This document shows, piece by piece, positions 25,733-33,752 of a stretch of DNA of 64,000 nt. Below the pieces are notes generated by a model. It saw only the letters and a program-made list of their open reading frames with translations. It had not been told where the DNA came from and ran no database searches. The DNA comes from Patescibacteria group bacterium (GTDB lineage Bacteria; Patescibacteriota; Patescibacteriia; UBA9934). The stretch lies in assembly GCA_041659765.1 (NCBI GenBank), contig JBAZXR010000001.1, positions 182,923 to 246,922 on the forward strand. Direction: 5' to 3'. Both the position numbers and the translations under genes were made by a program. Position 1 is the first letter of the stretch. The number at the start of each line of letters is the position of its first letter.

Positions 25733-26887
25733 ATGAAATCATTACGTATCTTCATGGTAGTTGCTCTTGCGGCGTTTGGCCTGATGGGTCAGGTCCGTCC
25801 TGTCTTCGCCGCCAGTGCGGGCGATGTCGTTGTTTGTCCGGAGTCCAGTTCCGTATATTATCTTGGTGAAGATGGGAAACGGTACGTTTACCAGAATGAG
25901 CAGACCTATTTTAGTTGGTATGACAATTTCGACATGGTGCAGACGGTTAGTTGCCGAGACCTGGCGGCATTTCCGCTCGCCGGGGTTGTTTGGTACCAGG
26001 CAGGAACATCGCTCGTAAAAATCCCAAGCGCCCCGACTGTATATGCGGTTGAACCTAGCGGTGTCTTGCGCCCGCTAGCGAGCGAGGCGGAAGCGATCAC
26101 GCTTTTCGGACCGGACTGGGCCGACCGCGTGGACGATGTTTCGGAAGCTTTCTGGCCGCAGTATTCGGTTGGTAATAAGCTCGAGGCCGGCGAAATTCCG
26201 GAGGGGACTATTTTAAAAGATGATGTTGGCGATTTGTTCCGATACCAAGATTTAGATAACGACACTCAGGACGAAGCTGTAGAGTTTGACGAGCTCGATG
26301 ATGATCACGTGCTGGACAATTTTGCGCTTGACCTTGAAGAAACGGCGGCGGAGCTTGATATTAAGATTGAACGGGTTGAGCTTGAGGGATTGTCTGAGAC
26401 ATTGATTGATCTGCTGCGCTCAGCGCTCGACGAAGATGTCTTTGTACCAGGGGGTGAAGAAGTTGAGGTGATGGATTTGAACGAATTGGATAAAGAGGCA
26501 GACAATGATAACGACGGGCTTTCCAATGAGGAAGACCTTGATGACGATGACGATGGCAAGCTCGACAGAGAGGATGCTGATCCGCTGGACCATGATAACG
26601 ATGGGCTAGATGACGCGGCGGATAGTGACGATGACGAGGACGGAATTCGGGACGTCAACGACAGCGACCTGCTCGATCATGATAACGACGGGTTAGATGA
26701 TGAGGAGGATGCGGATGATGACGGGGATGGTATTAAGGACGTTAGCGACAGTAAGGACGCTGACCACGATAACGACGGGTTGGAGGATGCGGAGGATCTT
26801 GACGATGACGGGGATGGGGTCAAGGATGTGGAAGATGCGGATGACGATGAGAGCGAATCAGCGGAAACTGAAGACAGTATCAACTGA
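25733..26887 (+). CDS. secreted protein: the shared domain at the N-terminus, then a poly-acidic thrombospondin-type-3-like Ca-binding repeat tail
   Basis: Signal peptide, then SVYYLGEDGKRYVYQNEQTYFSWYDNF...LVKIPSAPTVYAVEPSGVLRPL...LFGPDWADRVDDV. C-terminal half DHDNDGLDDxxDxDDDxDGxxDV repeats. Confidence 0.55.
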   Translation: MKSLRIFMVVALAAFGLMGQVRPVFAASAGDVVVCPESSSVYYLGEDGKRYVYQNEQTYFSWYDNFDMVQTVSCRDLAAFPLAGVVWYQAGTSLVKIPSAPTVYAVEPSGVLRPLASEAEAITLFGPDWADRVDDVSEAFWPQYSVGNKLEAGEIPEGTILKDDVGDLFRYQDLDNDTQDEAVEFDELDDDHVLDNFALDLEETAAELDIKIERVELEGLSETLIDLLRSALDEDVFVPGGEEVEVMDLNELDKEADNDNDGLSNEEDLDDDDDGKLDREDADPLDHDNDGLDDAADSDDDEDGIRDVNDSDLLDHDNDGLDDEEDADDDGDGIKDVSDSKDADHDNDGLEDAEDLDDDGDGVKDVEDADDDESESAETEDSIN

Positions 26888-26950
26888 TAGCATGACGGAG
26901 GCGGTTAGGCAGAAAATTCAGGCTACGCCCCTCTGTAGTCACCTGACCAC

Positions 26951-27010
26951 AAAACCATCAGCCGTAAGGCTGATGGTTTTGTGGTAGGGACTAGTGCGTG
27001 TCATTAGAGC
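26951..27010. repeat. island repeat copy A (A-run, GNRA hairpin CCATCAGCC-GTAA-GGCTGATGG, conserved box)
   Basis: ...ttttgtggtagggactagtgcgtgtcattagagc; most diverged copy. Confidence 0.6.
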
Positions 27011-27061
27011 TGTTAACCAGTTTTCTACGCCTTAGGAACGAAGAGCTTCAAAATAAGTAAA

Positions 27062-27778
27062 TTAAGTATTTTCCGAATTAGGCAGGGAGATTTCTTTTAA
27101 CCGCGATTCTTGTGGGCTTGGTGTGTGCTCAGTAAACCAGGCGATTGCCAGCTGAGATACTTGTTCCAGGGCGCCTGGTTCCTCAAAGAGATGAGTCGCT
27201 CCTGGAATAATCGATAATTGTTTTACTCCGGCCAACTGATTATATGAGTCCCGATTTAGGGCGAGGACTTCATCATCAGCTCCGCCAATAATGAAGAGGG
27301 TTGGCACAGTGACTTGTGAAAGACTGTCGCCGGCTAAGTCTGTACGTCCGCCGCGTGAAACAACGGCTGAGACTTCCTGTGGACTTTGGGCGGCTACAAT
27401 GAGCGCCGCGGCCGCACCGGTGCTGGCGCCGAACAGTCCGAATGGTAAATGTTTGGTGTTTTCTTGGGCGCGTAACCAGGTTAGCGTTTGAGCTAGTCGC
27501 CTGACGAGGAGCTCGATATCAAATCTAGTGGCGTACGTTTTGTCCTCAGCCTCGGTGAGTAGATCAAAGAGCAGACTCCCGATACCTGTTTGATATAGAC
27601 TATCAGCCACGAATTCGTTGCGCGGACTGAGCCTACTACTGCCGCTACCATGCACAAATACCACGAGTAGCGTGGCTTTAGGCGGGAGACGAATAATTCC
27701 TTCCAGCGACTGTCCGTCAACGGGAATTGAGATGTTTGATTTAATTGGTCTCGACATATTCTTTGAGCGCTTGTCCAA
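27062..27778 (-). CDS. alpha/beta hydrolase (dienelactone hydrolase-like)
   Basis: VVFVHGSGSS, nucleophile elbow GLFGASTGAAAAL, C-terminal His region. Confidence 0.6.
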   Translation of the reverse strand: MDKRSKNMSRPIKSNISIPVDGQSLEGIIRLPPKATLLVVFVHGSGSSRLSPRNEFVADSLYQTGIGSLLFDLLTEAEDKTYATRFDIELLVRRLAQTLTWLRAQENTKHLPFGLFGASTGAAAALIVAAQSPQEVSAVVSRGGRTDLAGDSLSQVTVPTLFIIGGADDEVLALNRDSYNQLAGVKQLSIIPGATHLFEEPGALEQVSQLAIAWFTEHTPSPQESRLKEISLPNSENT

Positions 27779-28634
27779 GCAGCGGAGCTACGGAAATAAC
27801 CGAAACCCAAGGCATATTTGTTCTCGGCGCGAGCGTATCAGTGACGATAATTTCCTGGACGCCAACATCCTTGAGCTCTTTCCACGCTTCACCCGTAAAT
27901 AGCCCATGCGTTACCATGATAAGGATTTCTTCCACACCCTTGTCTTGCAGCTGACGGCAGGCTTGAAGAAGCGTAGCCCCTGTATCGAGTTGGTCGTCAA
28001 TTAGCACGCAGCGCTTGCCCACCTCGCCCACCAGATCGTGCACGGTAACGCCGTCCGGTGTCCTTTCTTTTTTAAAGTACGCCACGGGATTTGCTGATTG
28101 AAGGGCGCGAGCGACGGCTTCGCATCGAGGAATAGCGCCATTATCTGGAGCAACCAGCGTGGCATCTGTCCAATTTTTTTTCCGTATTTCTTCGCCGAAG
28201 AGAGGAGCAGGGGAGAGGGAGACGAGTTCGACTGGCATTAGCTCACGATCGTGTTCGCTGTGAAGATCTATGGTGATGATCGTATCAATGCCTGACGCCT
28301 TAGCAAGAGAGCCGACCCAGGCTGTGGTCAGACTCAACCCAGACTTCACTTTGTCATGCCGCGTATAAGCAGCGAAAGGGAGAATTGCGAGCACGCTTTT
28401 CGCTCCCTCTTTTTTCAGTGTATGGGCCGCGAGTAACGTGCCGAACAGGGAATCGTCTGGTGGGGTGAATGAACCGAATAAGAGAGCGGCTTCTCCGTTT
28501 ACGGGAGAGCAATTAGTTATGTACATCTCCCGATTATCGTAACGCCGCAACTCGAGCGTTCCAGGCTTATAAAGTGATGACTTACTGAGAACACGTGACA
28601 GCGGGTGCAGTATTTCGGTTGAAAAAAATTTCAT
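27741..28634 (-). CDS. prs: ribose-phosphate pyrophosphokinase (PRPP synthetase)
   Basis: FAAYTRHDK (AYxRQD-like), PRPP-binding VLIDDQLDTGATL, two-domain PRTase fold. Confidence 0.75.
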   Translation of the reverse strand: MKFFSTEILHPLSRVLSKSSLYKPGTLELRRYDNREMYITNCSPVNGEAALLFGSFTPPDDSLFGTLLAAHTLKKEGAKSVLAILPFAAYTRHDKVKSGLSLTTAWVGSLAKASGIDTIITIDLHSEHDRELMPVELVSLSPAPLFGEEIRKKNWTDATLVAPDNGAIPRCEAVARALQSANPVAYFKKERTPDGVTVHDLVGEVGKRCVLIDDQLDTGATLLQACRQLQDKGVEEILIMVTHGLFTGEAWKELKDVGVQEIIVTDTLAPRTNMPWVSVISVAPLLGQALKEYVETN

Positions 28635-29263
28635 AGAGCAAGATCACTCATCATTTCTATCACTTCTTCGTCGGATACCTGGCTGAAGTTTTTATAGTAA
28701 AAACCAATTGATCCTTGAAATTGAAGCGGGCGCTTGAGAACAATGAGGCGATCAACCAGTTTTTCTAGTTCTCTAATAGTATCTCTAGGGGCTACAGGCA
28801 CGGCCAGTACGACGGCTGACGGTTCCTTGGCTCTCGCTTCATCAATTGCCGCTTTCATGGTTAAACCGGTAGCTATTCCATCGTCCACAATGATCGCGGT
28901 TTTGCCTTTGACATCAACTGGCGTTCGGTCAGCCAGGTATTTGACGCGCCTTCTTGCCGCCTCGCCGCGCTGCCGTTCTACCTCGGCCTCAAACCAGGCC
29001 GGATCTATCCGTGAAACTTCTAATTCATTTTTTATGACTTTCCCTTTTTCTGAAACGGACGCAATGGCATATTCCGGGTTATCCGGGTGCCCAATTTTTC
29101 TTGGAATGAGCAGGTCTAGCGGTGCATGGAGATGTTGGGCGACAATTTTGCCGAGCGCTACGCCGCCTCGGGGGAGTGCAAATACAACTACGGGTTTGTC
29201 CTTGTATTCCTCCAGGCTCGTGGCGAGGAGAAACCCCGCCGCGTTTCTATCCGCAAAAGGCAT
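28631..29263 (-). CDS. type I phosphoribosyltransferase family protein
   Basis: PRPP-binding loop TAIIVDDGIATGLTMKAAI. 210 aa. Confidence 0.6.
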   Translation of the reverse strand: MPFADRNAAGFLLATSLEEYKDKPVVVFALPRGGVALGKIVAQHLHAPLDLLIPRKIGHPDNPEYAIASVSEKGKVIKNELEVSRIDPAWFEAEVERQRGEAARRRVKYLADRTPVDVKGKTAIIVDDGIATGLTMKAAIDEARAKEPSAVVLAVPVAPRDTIRELEKLVDRLIVLKRPLQFQGSIGFYYKNFSQVSDEEVIEMMSDLAL

Positions 29264-29271
29264 ATTAATTA

Positions 29272-29661
29272 CTAGGCATTCGTCACTTCACAGTAGCCCG
29301 TGTAGCCACCCTCTAGGTTACGGATATTCTTATAGCCAAGTTTGAGGAGTGCTTGTCCGCAGAGTGCTGAACGGCCACCAGTTGCGCACTGCACAACGAT
29401 TGGGGCATTTTTGTCCGGTACAATTTCTGAAATTTTGAATTCCACTAAGCCGCGGGGGAGGTGAACGGCGCCTTGAATATGCCCCGCATCCCACTCGTTC
29501 CGCTCCCGAACATCCAGCAGTGTGTGAGCCTCTCCTCTCTCGCGAAGTGCTAAATAATCCTGACAAGTGATGGCGGGAACTTCTGCTTTTGCCTGCGCTA
29601 CCAAATCTTGTGCGGTCATTTCCATAGGGATGATAGTTATTATGCCTGAAGTGTACCCCAT
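29272..29661 (-). CDS. rhodanese-domain sulfurtransferase
   Basis: 129 aa. Active-site loop VVQCATGGRSA. ERNEWDAGHIQGA signature. Confidence 0.7.
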   Translation of the reverse strand: MGYTSGIITIIPMEMTAQDLVAQAKAEVPAITCQDYLALRERGEAHTLLDVRERNEWDAGHIQGAVHLPRGLVEFKISEIVPDKNAPIVVQCATGGRSALCGQALLKLGYKNIRNLEGGYTGYCEVTNA

Positions 29662-29680
29662 AGCTTATGTATTCGGTAAA

Positions 29681-29748
29681 ACAAAAACACCAGCCGTGCG
29701 GCTGATGGGTTTGTGGCAGGGGCTAGTACGTGACGTTAGAACTTTAAC
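29681..29748. repeat. island repeat copy B
   Basis: acaaaaacaccagccgtgcggctgatgggtttgtggcaggggctagtacgtgacgttagaactttaac. Confidence 0.65.
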
Positions 29749-29825
29749 TTGGGAATCTTCGCGGGAGCCTCTTCATTTTTCTTGACTATTCTCAATATTT
29801 CTGATACGATATTTCGTTACATGGA

Positions 29826-30134
29826 GTGAAAATGATCAAGAAAATCGGCAAGGTAACGCGCGTGGCGAGCAGCCCCGCAGGCGACAATCGATCGGTATTT
29901 ACCAAGCTCAAACTGACGGGGTTCAGCCACACGGTGTCGGCCTATCACTTGCCCCGGATTAATGTGGGCGAGAACGTGGCCATCTACTCGGAGGGCGATT
30001 CTTGGAAGCAGGAGGAAGATGACGAGGGGAGCGTCCAGCCTTGCCAGATCGAGATTCTCGGCAAGGGGGGAGAGGTGTTGTTCACCTGGTTCCGTACCTT
30101 TGTTGCCGTCAATCGCTACATGGAAGAAAAGTAA
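29826..30134 (+). CDS. hypothetical protein
   Basis: 102-aa ORF with plausible start; no recognisable motif. Confidence 0.3.
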   Translation: MKMIKKIGKVTRVASSPAGDNRSVFTKLKLTGFSHTVSAYHLPRINVGENVAIYSEGDSWKQEEDDEGSVQPCQIEILGKGGEVLFTWFRTFVAVNRYMEEK

Positions 30135-30239
30135 CTACAGCACACGACATCCAGGAGACCGCCAACGAAGCGCGGCGCTCCCCCGGGTGTCGTTCTTTAT
30201 TTAGAGTGTGACGATACGGCATTTTCAGATTAATCGAAG

Positions 30240-30527
30240 TTAGAACTCTTTCCGTACTCGGTTCATGAGCATTTTATACACCACGGAACGATGCTCGATT
30301 AGGTAGATATTGATCTTTTTGCCTTTGATGCGAAAAATGACGCGATAATCCCCGACACGGAGTTTTCGATCACCGCTTTTCGAGTGCCGAAGGGGAATCC
30401 CAAATACCTCCGGCCTCGTCATCAACTTTGTTTCGATCGCGCTTTTGGTTCGTTTCCTGATTGCCGCACCCAACTTCGGAATATCTTCTTTTACAACGAG
30501 CGGATGATAGGAGACGGCAAAACTCAT
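30240..30527 (-). CDS. type II toxin, RelE/ParE family
   Basis: YHPLVVKEDIPKL...RKLRVGDYRVIFRIKGKKINIYLIEHRSVVY matches the RelE/ParE consensus. 4-nt overlap with the upstream antitoxin gene. Confidence 0.65.
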   Translation of the reverse strand: MSFAVSYHPLVVKEDIPKLGAAIRKRTKSAIETKLMTRPEVFGIPLRHSKSGDRKLRVGDYRVIFRIKGKKINIYLIEHRSVVYKMLMNRVRKEF

Positions 30528-30745
30528 ACCCATGCATCATCATGGGAGATAAATTTGCCCTTTACCTTTTCACGTTTATTTACAAGTTCGACGAACACCG
30601 CATCTTCCTCGATTTCGAGCGCGGCGCGAACGAGCTCCAAAGTCTTGGCAGCAACTGACGTCTGATCACGAACCGCGAGCTTTTCAAGAGCTCGACCCAT
30701 GTCCGCCGTGACTGAAAGATTAATTCGCTGTTTGGTAGTGGGCAT
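30524..30745 (-). CDS. ribbon-helix-helix antitoxin (CopG/ParD-like)
   Basis: MPTTKQRINLSVTADMGRALEKLAVRDQTSVAAKTLELVRAAL. Sits directly upstream of the toxin. Confidence 0.55.
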   Translation of the reverse strand: MPTTKQRINLSVTADMGRALEKLAVRDQTSVAAKTLELVRAALEIEEDAVFVELVNKREKVKGKFISHDDAWV

Positions 30746-30800
30746 AGAATAATGAAAGTGTAACACCGCAGTAACACCTGGTCAAACAGTTTATCACAAC

Positions 30801-30868
30801 AAAAAATCCAGCCATTGCTTGCTGAATGTTTTGTGGTAGGGGTTACTCTGCGACGTTAGAACTCTAAC
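30801..30868. repeat. island repeat copy C
   Basis: aaaaaatccagccattgcttgctgaatgttttgtggtaggggttactctgcgacgttagaactctaac. Confidence 0.6.
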
Positions 30869-30888
30869 TCTGGTTATGGCTTCGTAGA

Positions 30889-31890
30889 TTAATAGAATTT
30901 GACCTGTACTGCGGAAGTCGTAGGAGGAATAGAGACAAGCGCCCGACCACCGCCCGGTAAGCTGAAGGAAATTCCTGGGGCAGATGTTTGCAGATCTGTG
31001 GGCCAAGGGGGAGCGGTCCCTCCATCAATGACCGCACAGGGCGCTGTTTGGGGTTTTGGAAGCTGGAACAATGCTGACTGCCCTTCAGAGGTTACGACGA
31101 CTCCCTCTATGGTAGTGGTTTTCTGAATGTCGTATTTTCCGTCTTGTGTAATGGCCTCCTCGTACTGGCAAGCATCAGGAGTTGCTTGAAGCGCGATGGT
31201 GTAGGACGGATATCCAGGCTTGATGAGCGTGAGGTCTTCAACTGCTCCCCAGTCTTCGGCGTACGTGGACCGGATTGTTTCTTTCCCATTCTGGTAAACG
31301 ATGTCGGTATAGTCCGCTCCTTCTGAATAGCCCTCCACCAGTTGTAAAATAAACGCAGACTCACTTTTCGTATATGACCAATCAATAAATGGATACGTAG
31401 TAAGATCGTCTTGCGTGTAGACGACGGATTCTCTGCCGAGCGAGTCTTTTTTGACGAGGATAAATTGTTTATCAGTCACTCGCCCTTCCCATGTGGAGTC
31501 ACCAAAAGACGCGATCTTGACTAGGCTATTAACATAATAGTCATTCGGGTGGGGTTCGGGCGAGGTTTTGGTCGTGGTCTTGGGAGATATTGCCGGCCGG
31601 GAATAAGCCGGGTTCGCGGGAGCGCTAACATGTTTATTATTTGAAGGAAAGACACGAGATATGGATCCAGCAATTGCAATGGTCATCAGAATTACCGACA
31701 GGATAATGATTACAAGATTGCGCTGACGAGACACCTTTGTCTTCATATTATGCGAGGGTAGCAAGAAAAACAAAAACCGGCCAGCAATTATACTGGTCGG
31801 GCTTTGGCAGGGGCTAGTACGCGACGTTAGAACTTTAATCATCCTCTCATCGCATTCCACTGCTGAATATCTTCGTCGCTCTTGCACCAA
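30889..31890 (-). CDS. membrane-anchored/secreted hypothetical protein
   Basis: 333 aa. N-terminal TM (LVIIILSVILMTIAIAG), Ser/Pro-rich linker, beta-rich body. No known motif. Confidence 0.4.
   Translation of the reverse strand: MVQERRRYSAVECDERMIKVLTSRTSPCQSPTSIIAGRFLFFLLPSHNMKTKVSRQRNLVIIILSVILMTIAIAGSISRVFPSNNKHVSAPANPAYSRPAISPKTTTKTSPEPHPNDYYVNSLVKIASFGDSTWEGRVTDKQFILVKKDSLGRESVVYTQDDLTTYPFIDWSYTKSESAFILQLVEGYSEGADYTDIVYQNGKETIRSTYAEDWGAVEDLTLIKPGYPSYTIALQATPDACQYEEAITQDGKYDIQKTTTIEGVVVTSEGQSALFQLPKPQTAPCAVIDGGTAPPWPTDLQTSAPGISFSLPGGGRALVSIPPTTSAVQVKFY
31771..31838. repeat. island repeat copy D (abuts stop codon of 31839..32159)
   Basis: caaaaaccggccagcaattatactggtcgggctttggcaggggctagtacgcgacgttagaactttaa. 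A-run and hairpin identical to the sequence just 3' of tRNA-Trp. Confidence 0.7.
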
Positions 31891-32159
31891 TATCCGCCAA
31901 TTACTTCAGACATCCAGGCGTCGTCGGCTCCTATTCGACGATATTGTTTATCGGGGTGAAATAGCTCGCATTTTAACCGTCGTATTACTGAGTATTGATA
32001 GCGTCCACCTGAGCCGGGGAAGATGGTCATTCTTCCGTCTGCCATGAGCGACCAAAAGAACCCGAGATCAACTAGAATAATGAAAGTTAAAGTAATGAAG
32101 GTCGTAGTAAGGACCGTTGCGCCTATCAGGCCACCGATTAGTTGAAGTCGACTTTTCAT
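31839..32159 (-). CDS. small membrane-anchored protein, paralog 1 (FHPxKxYRxIG-DAW-GxYWC family)
   Basis: 106 aa. TM then GGRYQYSVIRRLKCELFHPDKQYRRIGADDAWMSEVIGGYWCKSDEDIQQW. Paralog of 32565..32846. Confidence 0.5.
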   Translation of the reverse strand: MKSRLQLIGGLIGATVLTTTFITLTFIILVDLGFFWSLMADGRMTIFPGSGGRYQYSVIRRLKCELFHPDKQYRRIGADDAWMSEVIGGYWCKSDEDIQQWNAMRG

Positions 32160-32174
32160 ACTTGATGAATAATA

Positions 32175-32477
32175 TCACTCAAGCGTATACCGCTCGTCCA
32201 AATTTACTTTGAGTTTTGAAAGCACGGGATTTGGTAGGTTCTCTTGAACCCGCTCGATCTGCGCACCCGGCACAACAGAAAGAATGTAGTTTTTCATCGG
32301 CGACGCATCAGATCCGGTCAGTACCGCGAATCGAACGATCACTCCGTCCTCGTCATTTTCTACTAAAAGATTCTCGCCGAGTTGATTGGCAAATTTTCGT
32401 AACCGACCGCGGAGCATCACACCCTGGAGGGAAGTTGATGATGTCATTTCGTAGATATCCCAATGAAGAAGCTCCAT
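32175..32477 (-). CDS. acylphosphatase-like domain protein, putative
   Basis: LQGVMLRGRLRKFANQLGENLLVENDEDGVIVRFAVLTG resembles acylphosphatase VQGVxFR...GxVxNxxDGxV. Confidence 0.35.
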   Translation of the reverse strand: MELLHWDIYEMTSSTSLQGVMLRGRLRKFANQLGENLLVENDEDGVIVRFAVLTGSDASPMKNYILSVVPGAQIERVQENLPNPVLSKLKVNLDERYTLE

Positions 32478-32500
32478 ATTATCGATAAGCCTATCATAAA

Positions 32501-32564
32501 AGAAAAGACCAGCAATTTCTGCTGATCTTGTCTTGGCAGGGGCTAGTGCGTGACGTTAGAACTA
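32501..32564. repeat. island repeat copy E (abuts stop codon of 32565..32846)
   Basis: agaaaagaccagcaatttctgctgatcttgtcttggcaggggctagtgcgtgacgttagaacta. Confidence 0.65.
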
Positions 32565-32846
32565 TCATGGCCCATGCGACGACCTGAATCGCTCTATATC
32601 GTTGTCGCTCATACACCAGTAGCTGCCGTTTATTGTATCGGTTGACCAGGCGTCTTCGCCGATTAATCGGTATTCCTTCCCTGGGTGAAAGACTTTGCAG
32701 GCCAACATATTTCTCAATGAGAATATGTATCTCGGCGGGCCACCAAGTATGACGACTGGGAAGAAAAAATCCAAAAAGAAATACATACCCGCCAGCAATA
32801 TCATGGCAACTATAAGAGCTCGTTTGAGGTTTTTGCTGAATTTCAT
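32565..32846 (-). CDS. small membrane-anchored protein, paralog 2
   Basis: 93 aa. TM then GGPPRYIFSLRNMLACKVFHPGKEYRLIGEDAWSTDTINGSYWCMSDNDIERF. Confidence 0.5.
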   Translation of the reverse strand: MKFSKNLKRALIVAMILLAGMYFFLDFFFPVVILGGPPRYIFSLRNMLACKVFHPGKEYRLIGEDAWSTDTINGSYWCMSDNDIERFRSSHGP

Positions 32847-32904
32847 AGTGTGCCCGTTTATTGATTATAACAAAAACCGGCCAGCTTGACGACTGGTCGG
32901 GCTT

Positions 32905-32979
32905 TGGCAGGGGAACTGGGATTCGAACCCAGAACTTTTCTTTTGGAGAGAAAAATGATAGCCATTTCACTATTCCCCT
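32905..32979 (-). tRNA. tRNA-Trp (anticodon CCA), CCA encoded
   Basis: Reverse complement AGGGGAA-TA-GTGA-AATGGCTA-TCAT-T-TTTCT-CTCCAAA-AGAAA-AGTT-CTGGG-TTCGAAT-CCCAG-TTCCCCT-G-CCA. All stems pair (one G-U in the D stem). Followed on the minus strand by a hairpin and T-run. Confidence 0.8.
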
Positions 32980-33644
32980 TTAGTTTCGTTTGCGAATGCA
33001 TGGTATATGGCGGCGATGGTTTTTGCAACCTTCGCGTCATGATATCTGATGGAAATGCAGCCTTCGTAGTCAGGATGGATTTGAAGGCCGGAGTGTGGTT
33101 TATGGAAAGATTTATTGAATTGACCTTGTGGGATGTTGGTTAATTGAGACCAAAATAGCTTTTGCGTCTTTTCATTGTGATACGAGTGCAGGTGCATGAG
33201 TACTCTGAACTTTCTTTCATCTAGTTCAAATCCGCTTCTCATGGCTTTCAAAAAAGAGACGATTAGTTCCGGGTCAGAGTTTGTAAAGCGAAGCGTAGAA
33301 AAATTAGTTTTTTCTCCCTCGCACCAGTAAAGTAATGCGGTTGTTAATCGCCAAAAATTAGCGGAGGCAGATTTTAATATCCTATTTACATCTTTTTTGG
33401 CAGCTACCTCTCTAGTTCGTTGCTCAAAGGTGCGTCTGGCTTTGCTTGCGGCTCTTCCTTTTTCTCGCCCACTCAGCTGTGCTTGTTCGAGTGTAAGTCT
33501 GATCGATTTTGGGAGTACGATTTTACGTACCCAGAGTGAGACGGTACTTTTTGCAAGACCGGTTTTATGAGCGATGGTTCCAATTGAATCTCCTTTCTTA
33601 CGCAGGGTCGACACAAGGTTCTTTATTTTTTTATCGTATGCCAT
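32970..33644 (-). CDS. HTH-domain protein of unknown function adjacent to tRNA-Trp (possible recombinase/homing-type protein)
   Basis: Probable start MAYDKKIKNLVSTLRKKGDSIGTIAHKTGLAKSTVSLWVRK (HTH). C-terminal 150 aa unassigned. 3' end overlaps the tRNA 5' end by about 10 nt. Confidence 0.4.
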   Translation of the reverse strand: MAYDKKIKNLVSTLRKKGDSIGTIAHKTGLAKSTVSLWVRKIVLPKSIRLTLEQAQLSGREKGRAASKARRTFEQRTREVAAKKDVNRILKSASANFWRLTTALLYWCEGEKTNFSTLRFTNSDPELIVSFLKAMRSGFELDERKFRVLMHLHSYHNEKTQKLFWSQLTNIPQGQFNKSFHKPHSGLQIHPDYEGCISIRYHDAKVAKTIAAIYHAFANETKGE

Positions 33645-33752
33645 AGTGTATATAACCGCTTGTGATGGTTCGATTATATCATGGCGTTGCGATGTCACGT
33701 GAACTTTGTTTGCTTCATCGGCATTGATAGTCTGTGGTATTATTTTGTTGAT

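Noticed and set aside
26305-26883. Ser-rich ORFs on the minus strand (26305..26658, 26677..26883)
   Set aside because: They are the antisense reading of the GAT/GAC-rich acidic repeat region of the plus-strand gene 25733..26887. They are compositional artefacts.
31778-31845. Interpreting the island repeats as partial tRNA genes
   Set aside because: Only the last 8 nt of the tRNA (plus discriminator and CCA) are shared. The adjacent conserved box cannot form a T-arm or acceptor stem in either orientation.
32494-32970. 158-aa minus-strand ORF spanning repeat E, paralog 2 and tRNA-Trp
   Set aside because: It overlaps a tRNA and a better-supported CDS in another frame, with no plausible start context.
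26951-32980. Possibility that the six spaced repeats are a CRISPR array
   Set aside because: The spacing is 0.4-2.7 kb with protein-coding genes between copies. The repeats are about 60 nt with an internal hairpin plus T-run, and no cas genes are present.
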